64,000 bases of DNA, taken from NCBI RefSeq assembly GCF_036365525.1, contig NC_090378.1, positions 98,514,116 through 98,578,115 of the forward strand. Direction: 5' to 3'. The DNA comes from Heterodontus francisci (taxonomy: Eukaryota). The translations under genes were made by a program, and so were the position numbers. The notes beneath the pieces are model-generated. The model did no database searches and was not told where the DNA came from. It was given only the letters and a program-made list of their open reading frames with translations. The stretch's first letter is position 1. Each line of letters opens with the position of its first letter. Below, piece after piece: positions 12,029-24,580 of the stretch.

Positions 12029-13294
12029 AATGGTACATTCATACGGAAGAGTTCACATTTAAAGATAAAAGCAGACTGTTATTCACCAACCTGCATGCCA
12101 ACCAACTAACCAACCAAAATAAAGGGCTTCCACTTGTGTGGAGCTGAGTCACACAGCTCATCTGCTGCTTTTCTTCCACAGGAAACAGATGCCAAAACTC
12201 TAAATTGGACTGGCTCAGCAGGTGGAAATCCCCTCACACAGCATCGCATTCAACTTCTTGTAACAGAACCAAAACTAACTATAGAAATGTGAACAATTCT
12301 AAATATGTCTGCTGCGTGTAATAGTGTAAAAACTCGACTCGTGACCAGGGGATCAGGAAAATTAAAACTGCACAAAAAAAGGTTCATTGAAAGCAGAATA
12401 AAACCCAGTTAGTGTACTCAATACATAAAATTAAACAAAAATGAACAGAAACCCATTAATGAGTACATTTGAATATTCTGTTGGCCTTAGCTAATGTCAG
12501 TGAGTGGACTGACCAATTTTTAAACATTTTAAATTGCCAAAATTTACGACATAGCACAAGTGGTGTAATGCCATCATGTTGCTGAAATTATCGTTGACAA
12601 CGCAAATGGACAACAGTAAAACAAGGTAATGGATTGGAGGGCTGACAGTAATTCAACCAAACAAGTATACTAATGCCACCATTGCCCTCATTTGTTTTAT
12701 TTGCGTTGCAGGTATTTGTGGAAGTAATGCATTAAATTTGAAGCTACAATGAGCGTTTAACTTCATAGTGGCTTTTTCTTTTGCCCTGCAACTTTCAACA
12801 TTACCAAAGTTCATCCTGGAAAATGTCCAAATTAAGCACCAATTCAAAACAAATTTGCATTGATCCACAAATTACCATCTGACATTAATCAAGTTCAGCA
12901 ACATGTAAAACATAGTGTAAGCAAGCATTCATTTCACACGTGTTGACTAGAGATTTATGAGGTGGCCATATATACTTATAGAACAGTGGAGCTAATGAAT
13001 TTTTGTCAAGTTTGCCAAGGTTTTGTTCACACTATCTTATCCTGAGTATTCATATGAAAAAAATATATTGCAACATGGTTGTCCCATGTTCCATTCTGTT
13101 TGATTTTCCCCCTCTTGTGTTAAGTGCCTTGGGAGGTCTTGCTACATTCAGATATCATAGAAGTGCAAGTTGTTAAAAAAATTAATCTTTGATTTTACAA
13201 ATTGCACGAGAGTTAATAAAATCTACAGATTAGAGGCTCTCCTCCGATCAGGGTCATCTCCTTTGTATTCCTGACATGTGATTTATGAATTCAG

Positions 13295-13660
13295 TTAGGT
13301 ACGGACTGAGGAGTTCAAAATCGAGCTTTGATTGAGGGAATAGCAATCTCCCATTTGCTGGCTCATAAGGTGCTTTGTGGAAGGAACTTTGGGCAATCTT
13401 AATTCTTAGTGGGCAGGGGCCACAGCACAAAACTGACCTGAGGTGGTCACAGGAGAGCAGGGGTCATAACACCAGTGGGATACCAATGATATTTTTGAAA
13501 ATTGATCCAAAAATGTCACACTGATGCTACTGGAATGCTCTGGAGGTTGGGACTAAGGCAAATTGTTGGGCCAGAGTAGAGGGAGCTTTGCTCTGTCTCT
13601 AACCCATGTAATTCCTACCTCAAGAGTGCTTGATGCTGACAGATACCTGAAAATAGAAAA
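13295..13660 (+). mobile_element. LF-SINE-like ancient SINE relic
   Basis: The blocks ttcttagtgggcaggggccacagcacaaaac and aaggcaaattgttgggccagagtagagggagctt resemble the LF-SINE body as I recall it. Confidence 0.5.
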
Positions 13661-13884
13661 TGGTCAGGCCTCCACCAACAACTCTCATCTTCACAGCAAG
13701 AGGGGTAGGTGGTCCAAGGCATCCCTTGAAACTGCTAATAGGGAAGACTCAACTGTGACAGTCATTTTTAGATATTTCATTAGCAAATCAGTGGACCTTT
13801 GGTGAGCGACATGAATTCGAACATCATTGTAAAAGGGCATTCAAATGAATAAATCACTTCCCATTACATCCCTCAACTCCCTGA

Positions 13885-15102
13885 GTTCCACTAGGGCCAC
13901 TCAGCTCCTGACCTCATTACAGCCTTGGTTCAAACATGGACAAATGAGCTGAACTGCAGAGGTGAGGTGAGAGTGATGGCCCTTGACATCAAGGCAGCAT
14001 TTGACCGAGTATGGCATCAAGGAGCCCGAGCAAAACTGAAGTCAATGGGAATCAGGGGGAAAACTCTCCGCTGGTTGGAGTCATACCTAGCACAAAGAAA
14101 GATGGTTGTGGTTGTTGGAGGTCAATCTTCTGAGCTCCAGGACATCACTGCAGGAGTTCCTCAGGGTAGTGTCCTAGGCCCAACCATCTTCAGCTGCTTC
14201 ATCAATGACCTTCCTTCAATCATTAGGTCAGAGGTGCAGCTGTTCACTGATGATTGTACAATGTTCAGCACCATTTGCGACTCCTCAGATACTGAAGCAG
14301 TCCGTGTAGAAATGCAGCAAGACCTGGACAATATCCAGGCTTGGGCTGATGTGTGGCGTGAATGTTACTTGCCACTTAAGTGCCGGGCAATGACCATCTC
14401 CAACAAGAGAGAATTTAACCATCACCCCTTGACATTCAATGGCATTACCATTGCTGAATCCCCCACTAAACATCCCAGGGGCTACCATTGACAAGAAACT
14501 GAACTGGAGTAGCCATATAAATACCGTGGCTACAACAGCAGGTCAGAGGCTAGGAATCCTGCAGCAAGTAACTCATCTCCTGACTCCCCAAAGCCTGTCC
14601 ACCTTCTACAAGGCACAAGTCAGGAGCGTTATGGAATACTCTGCACTTGCCTGGATGGGTGCAGCTCCAACAACACTCAAGAAGCTCGACACCATCCAGG
14701 ACAAAGCAGCCCACTTGATTGGCACCCCAATCCACCACCAACATACAGTAGCAGCAGTGTGCACCATCTAAAAGATGCATTGCAGCAACACACCAAGGCT
14801 CCTTCCAAACCTGCAACCTCTACCAACTAGAAGGACAAGGGCAGCAAATGTATGGGAACACCACCTGCAACTTCTCCTCCAAGTCTCACACCATCCCGAC
14901 TTGGAACTATATCACTATTCCTTCACTGTCGCTGGGTCAAAATCCTGGAACCCCCTTCCTAACAGCACTGTGGGTGTACCTACCTCACATGGACTGCAGC
15001 GGTTCAAGAAGGCAGCTCACCATCACCTTCTCAAGGGCAATTAGGGATGGGCAATAAATGGTGGCCTAGCCACCGACGCCCACATCCCATGAATAAATAA
15101 AA
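13885..15102 (+). mobile_element. 5'-truncated non-LTR retrotransposon (CR1/L2 group): RT domain plus 3' tail, disrupted
   Basis: [29 protein letters not shown] and FTDD (FADD) RT motifs in ORF 13925-14491, with frameshifts. Tail gggatgggcaataaatg...cacatcccatgaataaataaaaa. Confidence 0.92.
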
Positions 15103-15164
15103 AGCTTTACTGCACAGCATAACAGTGAAAAATTTAAAATCAGCAAACCACCTACTAGATGCAC

Positions 15165-15670
15165 TGCAGTTAATCAAGGCTTCTTTGACAGCATCTTTCA
15201 AACCTATGACCTCAGCCACCAAGACAGACAAGAGCAGCAAGCACATGGAAAAGAACTTGGAGGTGGTGGTGTCCCCAAGTCTCACACCACCCTGATTTGG
15301 ACAAATATTCATCATCATCTGAGCCAAAAGCCTGGCACTCCCCACCTAATACCACTGTAGGAGTACTTTCACCACACGACTGCAGAGATGCAAGGTAGTG
15401 GCTCACGACCGTCTCAAGATGAAGTAGGGATGGGAAATAAATGCTGGCCTTGCAAATAACGCCCACATCTCGTGAACAAATTTTAAAAAGCAGGCCTGAA
15501 AATACCTTGCTACCCTTCAAAATAAACTCCAGAGGCAGCATATCAAGAGGCAAAACGGTTGACTCTTAACCACCCTCTCAAATGGCCTAGCCAAGTCACT
15601 CAGTTCAAGGACAATTAGGCTTTGGCAACAAATGCTGGCTTGCCAGTGATCCCCACATCCCAAGAATAAA
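15165..15670 (+). mobile_element. Two further 3' tails of the same LINE family or its partner SINE, in tandem
   Basis: gggatgggaaataaatgctggcc...cacatc at about 15430-15480 and ggcaacaaatgctggc...cacatcc at about 15625-15670. Confidence 0.75.
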
Positions 15671-15724
15671 ACAAAATCCTGCTTCAGGCTATCACATGTT
15701 ATCATGAGCTTGACAGCAGGCAAA

Positions 15725-16070
15725 GCTCCATTGCTTACAATGTTCGGCACAACATCGTGGGCCGAAGGGCCTGTACTGTTCTATGTTCTAATGCCATTTC
15801 ACAAGGATTTGCTGCCAACTAAACCCTCAGATACAGTAACAGAGTCATGCAGCAGAGAAGGTGGGCATTCAGCCGGTCAGATCTTTGAAAGAGCTGTCCC
15901 AATAGTCCAACTCCCCTACTCTTTCCACCTAGCCCTACAAATTTTCACTAAGTATTTTTTAAATTCTCTTATGCAAGTTATTGAACCTGCTTCCAACACC
16001 CTTTTATTCCAGTGCCTTCCGGTTCATAACTCTCTGCATAACAAATTGCTGTTGCCCTCTTGGCAGAAAG
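15725..16070. mobile_element. Two CR1 3' tail fragments in opposite orientations
   Basis: gtgggccgaagggcctgtactgttctatgttcta on +, then a decayed minus-strand tail from about 15835. Confidence 0.6.
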
Positions 16071-16939
16071 ACTTAAAACAATTTGAAAACGAACCACTAG
16101 ACCTAAATTCAGCCACTAAGATAGTCGGCTGTACCCTTCAACTGTTGTCACTGGCTTGATCCTGGGCTACATTTTCTACTTAGAAATTGAATGCCCCACT
16201 CTAGTTAAGTTAGACTGGGCTGTCCATACTAAATTATTGCGCGTCATTTATCTCCTGTCTGGAAAGGTTCAACTTTACTGTTTGAAAAAGTCAGGTTCAC
16301 TTCTAAAGATGAAAAATTACAATATGGGTCAGAGCTTAGCATTCATTTGTTCAAAAAGCCAAACAGGTTAGTTTTTGCTCTCAATTATTTGAAGTAATCC
16401 GTTTGAAATTGCACAATAAAGTAGTTACTGCTGCATATAATGCTACAGAAAAAAAAGAGAGCAGAGCAGCTGCCAGCAAAACGTCAGAAAGCTTTGATGT
16501 CGAGAATTCATTGCAATGTAAAATTTCAAAACTGGATTTGATTTAAAGTGAAGTACCCCTTTTTGGTGGCCACTGTTCAAAAAAGAATTTTATTTAAACC
16601 TGCATGATACCCAAGCCAGCCAAATGATATATTGCATATATTAAATTGCATTTATAAATCAACACGCCTCTAATCCCAGGCCAAAATGACTGTAGTTTTT
16701 GAGGAATGCATATTGTAGCAAATTGATAATCACAGCAGAACTAAAACACCATTATAAAAAGCGCCATGAAGTCCAATCGAAAGGAAAACCCAAGCATTGG
16801 GAGACCTCTCCCAATCAAAAAAATGAATAACTGGCCATTTGCATCATTGTTGCTTTGCAAGAGTTTACTGTACACAAAATGGCCATGTTTGCTTACATAC
16901 ATCACTGCAGTTCAAGTAGCTCATTGTGTGGCAACTTGA

Positions 16940-17690
16940 GAATCATAGATTTTTACAGTACAGAAAGTTGTCACTCAGCCCATCGTGTGTCCAACAACAG
17001 CTCTCTAAAAGAGCTGCCAAATTAATCCTTTCCCCTGCTCTTTTCCTAAAGCCTTTTAATTATGGATTCTACTTCCAGTATGGTTTCTAGTAGGGCAGTC
17101 CGAGTGTACTCAACACTTGGCATACAAAAAATCTCAACCATCTTTGTTCATTTGATTATCTTAAATTTGGACCCTCCATTCCTGACTCAGATCAGCAGCA
17201 GCTTTTCCCCTTTACCAAAACCATCAAATTTTTAACACCTTCATTAGATCTCCTCTTAACCTTCTGTTTTTAAACCAAAAGTCTCAGTTTCCCTCAACCA
17301 TATAAAGTTAAGTGAATCTCTTTCTATCCCATGTCTTTAACATTCTTTGTCAGTATGGGTCTCAAAACTGAACACTACGTTCTAACAGTGGCCTAGCCAA
17401 TGATCTATACCATTTTGGTACTCTACATTCATGTATGGATCCCATATGTGAGAGATGTGATGGGATGCTATACAAATGTAACTTGCAAATTTTCTGGAGT
17501 GTGGCAGTGGCAAATTCAATTGTGGTTTTCAAAAGGGAATTGGACAATTATCTGAAGAGAAAAAAATTGCAGAGCTACAAAGAAAAAAGCAGGAGAATGG
17601 ACTAACTGAGTTGCAGTTACAGACAGCTAGCATGGAAACAATGGGCCAAATGGCCTCCTTCTCTGCTGTAACTATTCTATGATTTTATGA
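16940..17690. mobile_element. CR1 3' fragments (minus 16940-17410, plus 17495-17690)
   Basis: The minus strand encodes YRSLARPLLERSVQF (CR1 YKSLVRPHLEYCVQF). The plus piece ends ggccaaatggcctccttctctgctgtaactattctatgat. Confidence 0.75.
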
Positions 17691-17799
17691 CTCAATTGGA
17701 AACAAGTACTACAAACTTAACATGTTAAACAAATCAGAATCAGGATTAAAATATTGATCAGTGAATGGAGAGATATTTATAACAAACCTATTTGGAAAC

Positions 17800-18150
17800 C
17801 TGAAAAATTTTGAACAATTCCTATAAAGAGTTTAGATGCTTTGAAGAGCCTACACTCAGGTGCAAAGGATGCCTTCTGTGTTCAAGAATTTAGATAGTGT
17901 CCGGAAGAGATCCTAGACAGATGTTTAATTCTTTTGGATATGTCACCCCAATATCAGACATCACCTGAACAGGAAAGGCAAAAAAGCATTCTAGAAAAAG
18001 ACAAAAAGCTTGAGGTTGGACATAGACTGCACAGACTGAACAGGTAGATACAATTGGTTGAATGCACCAGAGACCAATGAAGGACGACTGTGGTTTAAAG
18101 ATTTGATACAGACCAAAAATGATTACAATTGAGCTGTCAGAGTTGTAGAC
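17800..18150 (+). mobile_element. Possible very old RTE-like LINE remnant
   Basis: Only weak peptide echoes (MFNSF; GRLWFKDL versus RTE GRP..RFKD). Confidence 0.25.
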
Positions 18151-19454
18151 AGTCCACCTTAGCTACATCACAATAAATGACTCCTTTCACAAAAATGTTT
18201 TTTTCCCCCCCCCCAGAAGAGCCACAGAAAGCTCTGCCGGGTGGCTCGAACAGTCAGCACATATTTAGTTTCACCTGAGTCTGGGAGATGTATAGTTTGT
18301 AAAGGTATGTTTCTTTGGAGGACATGAAGAAACGGAACCTTAAAAAAATTCAGCTTTTAATATGGAATTGTAAATGGATTGATTGAAAGTCCATAGTCTT
18401 TTAAAAATATATTTCAATTTTAACGGAAGCCTTGGCCGCAATCAAACACTAGAATCCGCCCTCGAGAGATAGCTGAAGCTATTGTCCTTGCAGTAACTAC
18501 AGAGTACTGTATTTATCAATCATAAATGATGCTGTAATAGATTGACCCTCAAATACCAGCTCTGCAGTTCATTAATCTCAAATTATTTAAAAATATGCGA
18601 GCCATAATTTAAGTAATGATACAGGTTTCCCCAGAGAGAAAACTGAAGTTGTACAGATTACTGCATCATAATTCAAGCCACAATAGGTTTTGGACAGAAG
18701 TGCCACCAAATCGGTTTAATATTTAATAAGCTTATCTGAAAAAAAAGTTCCAAGTCTTACTTCATGTTGCACAGTTAATTGCCTTTTGCATGAAACAGAA
18801 CATGCTTGCCGAGATTGAGTTGATGGCTTTTTTTTTTGGACTGGTATAGGAGAAAAACTGGTTTTAAAGTATAACTCCGGGTGTGTTAATAACAAATTAC
18901 AGTTTTCAAGGAAACTCCATCACACTGTCAAAGTGGTGAACTTTCTTTTGCTGCTTCCCCTCTATTTCAGATCAAAAAAAATCACGAGAAATTCGAAGTG
19001 TTAGACCTCTTAAAGGTGCACAATACATTTAGCCCTCTATTTTGGGGGCTTGCAATGATACCGATTTGTACAAAGGAAATTACTTACAACTTGTAGAGGC
19101 TGGTTTGGGGAAGGGGGTGGTGTGAAGGCATTTCAAAATGAGAGAGAGAAGGTGGGAAATTTTGTCCCAAATTCCAATTTCATGCATTTAAATGCTGCCA
19201 CATTCTATCCATGTTAAATGGCATGCAAAACAAAGTAATTTTGAAATTATAAAATGTCATCTTGATCAAAACTAAAACATTTGAATGTTTGCCTCCAAGG
19301 TGAAGAATGCAACAACTCTTTCTTACCTACTGATTTCAATAATCGGATCTATACTATTCAGCCATTATAAAGCAAGGCAATTCTGGCCCAGTAAATGAAT
19401 ATTTCAGCACTGAGTCCATCAACTATTCAAATAGATTAAATAAATCATACAATA

Positions 19455-19630
19455 GATGCACCCAAGGGGGAGCTGGATAAGTATATGAGGGAGAAAGAAA
19501 TAGAAGGATGTACTGGTAGGGTGAAATAAAGTCAGTGGGAGGAGATTTGTTTGGAGCATAAACACAGACATAGACCTGTTAAGTCAAATGGCCCTTTTCA
19601 GTGTTATAGATTTTCTAATACCATGTAACT
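19455..19630 (+). mobile_element. CR1 3' UTR fragment
   Basis: ggggagctggataagtatatgagggagaaag...ggagcataaacac matches the copies at about 27780 and 35760. Confidence 0.75.
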
Positions 19631-20799
19631 TTCGGATTCAAATGTGCATTCCAACATCTCCGTTACATTAACAGCAAACTGAATTAACATTGGCACAGTT
19701 AAATATTACTTAAAACCAAAGGCCAATATCTACTCTGCAATTTCTAAAATATCAATTTCAATGGATAAATCAAATTCATGGAACTGTATAATGGCCACTT
19801 TGGATGACTCAACAAGGCAGGTATTCAAAGTTCTGACATCTGACTTGCGAAAAGAGAGCTACAACTAGGGTCCAGATGAAGCCCTAAACTGCAAGACTGA
19901 AACAAACAGCATATTAATTTTATTCAAACTCAGCTAAACAAGTTTGCAAAACTGCAGTGTGATTTAAAAAACAAAAAATCCAATTTTCATTTTAGCCCTG
20001 TTTTGAGTTCAGAGTCTGGTATCCACATCATTCCCTGGTTAGCGGCGGTCTGACAGTTGGTAAATTGGTATGCAACATGAAATGGGTCTTATTTTTGGTG
20101 CTACCATGCTAGTAGGCTTTGCTAGAAAATAAAATTTGCTGTTTCAGTAGTCTGGATTTTGCTGAACAGTCTATTTTCTCACCTGAATTATGTAGTACAT
20201 TGCAAACTACCACAGCTAGTCAGTTCATGAGTCGAACATTTGTGTTGCATAGGAAGAGGCCACCTGGAGAAAAGAGCTGGACTGCACAATCCACACATCA
20301 CAGCCACCAGTAACTTACAAAGTAATAATCCTTCATATAACATTTGACTTTATCTGTGTTGTAACAGCACTGTAAAAACAATGCTAGACACTGATTTTAG
20401 TTGACCCAGACTTAAAACTTTCCGCACTCAAGATTGAAATGATAGAGTTGGACATATTGGAAAACACAGCATTATGAAGGCTATTGAGCATATTTAGAAA
20501 TGGAGTATCTTTTCCGTATATTTTTGATCTGTAGCCTACAACATGAGAACTTAAATCAATTACCAACCTGTATTCTACCACAATTTCAAGCCAAACTCTT
20601 GATCTTCGGATCCTGAAATCTATTCCTGTTGAGGAAGACTAAATCTGGAGCACCAACAGCTGCAAGGAAACTGCAGGCAAATGTTTTCCCATTGAAGATG
20701 ACAAGCAGGAATCAATAATAATAGTTTAGAAACTGTCAGTCAAAATGAAATTAATTCTGTACAACTCAAGATGTTAAGGGTCTATGTAACGTTTAAGAA

Positions 20800-21430
20800 A
20801 ACCAACACCCTACTCTTTCCAAAAGCCTCCCTGCCTGGCTACAACTTCTACCACCTGCCCTGCTCAAACGGTCATGGTAGCAACATAGCCTTATTGCCAA
20901 ATCATATATTTGGGTCTCCGATTCCCTTCAAACTTTCTAGTCCTTCAAGCACCTCACCTTGTTCCACCCCTCTTGCTTCTCCATTAAAATCCTCATTCTA
21001 TCCTGCCCACACAAGCCCAATCCAGGCTTCCTCCCAGAAGTATCCTTCTCAGCCTTGGAACTGAGTGACTTCATCCTTGAGTGATCTCAAACTCTACCTC
21101 CACTCTTCTTCTGTCCTTTCTTCTGAACTCATTGCTGGTGTTCCTGAAAGCGGTCTCGTCATTATAAACTCTCCTACTCATATTCTTGGCCACTCTTGAC
21201 TTGCTATCTCTCAATCTCAATAGTCCCATGGTTTAAATTATGGACCACTATATGTGACCATTTAATTTCATCTTTCGCGACCCACATCTCTACCTCCTAA
21301 CAATCCCACCACCTTCTGAATCCACCACTGAAAAATAAACTCAGCTCCAGGCCACTTTCAAATTTCCAACAGCCTAGCCTTTGTCTTTTCGCTCACAATA
21401 CTTGTGCAATTGTTGATCTGCTCAACCAGC
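20800..21430 (+). mobile_element. Decayed L2/CR1-group LINE endonuclease region
   Basis: ASLPGYNFYHLPCSNGHGSNIALL resembles the APE motif PGY.F.H.PR...GGGVA. C/T-rich composition is typical of L2. Confidence 0.6.
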
Positions 21431-21660
21431 TGCAACTTCCTTTCCAAGTCATACACCATCCTGACTTGGAACTATATAGTCATTCCTTCATCATCGCAGG
21501 GTCAAAATCCAGAACTCCCTCCCTAACAGCACTATGGGTGTACCACATGGTCCGCAACGGTTCAAAGACACAGCTCACCACCACCTAAGGTCAGATAGGG
21601 ATGGGCAATAATTGCTGGCCTTACCAGCGATGCTCACATCCTGTGAATGAATGAAAACAA
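21430..21660 (+). mobile_element. 3' tail of the LINE family seen at 13885
   Basis: cacaccatcctgacttggaactatat...gggatgggcaata...cacatcctgtgaatgaatgaaa. Confidence 0.85.
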
Positions 21661-23841
21661 ACTCAAAGCGATGTAACTCTGTCACAAGTTCTGAGAAACT
21701 AAGTGTGGCCAACAGCTGTGCTCAGCCACATGTTGCTTTTTGACAAATTATGGTAGATAGTGTATGCAACGCCTGTTACACTGCTGACAGTGGTACAGCG
21801 GATCGCATACCAAACATTCCGAAGCATAGAAACAGATGCCAAAGATTTCCAATCACCCTATAAACAAGTCAGTCTGCACACTTACTTCAGGAATTGCTAG
21901 CAAAGTAGTCCCTTGCTTCACATAAAAAGCAAAACATTTTCAAATCAGAAAAAAATCAATTTCAAATTCCATTCTGTTGTGGATTATTTTGCTGAATCTC
22001 AAATGCAATCAGGATTATAAATTTTGTCATCACATAATTTTGACTAAATTAAGCAGTCTTGAAACATGATGGTTTTCTATCTCCTTGTCTAACAAACTCT
22101 GAACTTCCTGATTAAAGTAACCCAACTCAAAGAAGGATTCGAGTCAATACAAAAATATAATAGCCCCTTAAGGAATTAGAATTTTGAAGGAAAAAAAGTT
22201 TGTGTAGGCAAAGGAGAAAAGAGAAGGGAAGGCGTGAAGACACCTTTAAACTGTGAGGTATTATTCCCCATATGAAATCCTCCCATGCAAAGCAAACATA
22301 TCTTCATTAGAGAAAATTCAATGCCTTGAACGAGTGTGTCAATTGTAGCCAAGTGACAGAATTGACCTATAGGTTACAAGATAAACAATGATTAATCCTC
22401 AAGTCGGGGTGGTTTCACTCATTGAATGGAGGAAGGTTTTGGACAAATGTTACTTTGTCCCAATTTTTTTCTTGGATTTTTTTGAACAGAGTAATGGTAG
22501 TGGGCTGGGGGTTAGGGAGAAAAGGAAGGGTATATAGATCATAGTAACTAAGGGAAACAAAGTTGTAACTTCACTCAATGATTTACATTTACATTCAATG
22601 GGCCAGCATTTGCTGGCAAAATAAGGAGCATTTATACCTCATGCCGTTAGTAGTGTGTAAATTGCCCAGCAATTTGTGGCAAGCAAGAAATACCCTAGAG
22701 TTGTGAAATCGCACAAGATGACAAGACCCATGTTCCTGCAATGCCACTCAGATTCTCCAGCCCAGAAAGTGAGTAATTTAAACTGTGGAGTCACATTCCT
22801 ACAGGTAATGAAGTTAATTAATTGTTTACTTTTTAGTTTTGCTTTGTCTCTTTATCTAATCTTTATTTCTCTTTCTGTTCCCAACTGGACTCTAATTCAA
22901 CCCAATTCCTTTTCAGCGTCCCTGTCTCTTTCTCAATCCTGAAATTTCATTGAGATAGACGGTTAGCCTCTTCATTCAATGGATGAAGGCACCGAATACA
23001 AAGGCTATGGGCCCTGACAACAGCCCTGCCGTAGTACTGAAGACTTGTGCTGCAGCACTAGCCATGTCCTGGTACAGTTACAACACTGACATCTACCTGA
23101 CAATGTAGAAAATTGCCCAGGTATGCCCTGTCCACAAAAAAGCAGGACAAATCCAATCCGACTAATTACTGCCTCATCAGTCTATTCTCAATCAGCAAAA
23201 TGATGGAAGGTGTCACTGACAGTGCTATCAAGCAACATTTACTCAACAGCCTGCTCACCAATGCTCAGTTTGGATTCCACCAGGGCCATTCAGATCCTGA
23301 CTTTATTACAGCCTTGGTCCAAACATAGACAAAAGAGCTGAATTCCAGAGGTGATGTGAGAATGACTGCCCTTGACATCAAGGCAGCATTCGATCGAGTG
23401 TGGCACCTAGCAAAACTGGTCAATGGGAATCAAAGGGAAAACTCTCCACTGGTTGAAGGTATACCTAACACAAAGGAAGATGGTTGTGCATGTTGAAGGC
23501 AATCATCCCAGTCGCAGGACAGTGCAATAGGAGTTCTTCAGGGTAGTGTCTTAGGCCCAACCATCTTCAATGGCCTTCCCTCCAAGAGGTCAGAAACTAG
23601 AAACTCCTCAGATACTGAAGTAGTCCATTCTGTATGCAGCAAGACCTGGACAACAATCAGGCTTGGGCTGATACATTTACATATTACATTTATGCCACAC
23701 AAGTGCCAGGCAATAATCTCCAAGAGAGAATCTAACCATCTTCCCTTGACATTCAATGGCATTACTATCGCTGAATTCCCCCACCATCAACATCCTGGGG
23801 ATTACCATTGATCAGTAACTGAACTGGACCAGCCATATAAC

Positions 23842-24130
23842 TCCTGTGCGGAGTTTGCAAGTTCTCCCCGTGACCGCGTGGGTTTCCGCCGGGTGCTCCG
23901 GTTTCCTCCCACAGCCAAAGACTTGCAAGTTGATAGGTAAATTGGCTATTGTAAATTGCCCCTAGTGTAGGTAAGTGGTAAGAGAACGGTGGGGGATGTG
24001 GTAGGGAATATGGGATTAATGTAGGATTAGTATAAATGGGTGGTTGTTGGTCGGCACAGACTCGGTGGGCCGAAGGGCCTGTTTCAGTGCTGTATTTCTA
24101 AATAAAATTTTAAAAAATAAAATGAAAAAA
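23842..24130 (+). mobile_element. 5'-truncated HE1-like SINE nested in the LINE
   Basis: V-domain and tail present. Interrupts the host at agccatataa|atactgtggctacaa (compare intact 14511-14535). Confidence 0.9.
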
Positions 24131-24246
24131 TAAATACTGTGGCTACAAGAGCAGGTCAGAGACTGGGAATTCTGCAGAGAGTAACTCACTACCTAATTGC
24201 CTAAAGTCAATCCAGGCACAAGTCAGGAGCGTGATGGAATACTGTC

Positions 24247-24580
24247 ATAAGAACATAAGAAATAGGAGCAGGAGTAGGCCATTTGTCCCCTCGAGGCTGC
24301 TCCGCCATTCAATATCATGGTTGAGCTGATTGTGGTCTTAACTCCACTTTCCTACCAGCCCCTCATAACCTCGACTCCCCTGTAGATCAAAAATCTGTAA
24401 CTCAGCCTTAATATATTCAACAACCCAGTCTCACCGCTCTCTGGGGAAGAGAATTCCAAATATTAACAACCCTCAGAGAAAAAATTCTCTCTCATCTCCA
24501 TCTTAAATGGAGACCCCTCATTTTCACTGTGCCCCGCTAGTTCTAGATTCTCCCACAAGGGATAAACATCCTCTCAGCAT
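24247..24580 (-). mobile_element. CR1 3' end nested in the LINE
   Basis: ataagaacataagaaataggagcaggagtaggccatt tail. The host resumes at ctgtccacttgcctggatg. Confidence 0.85.
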
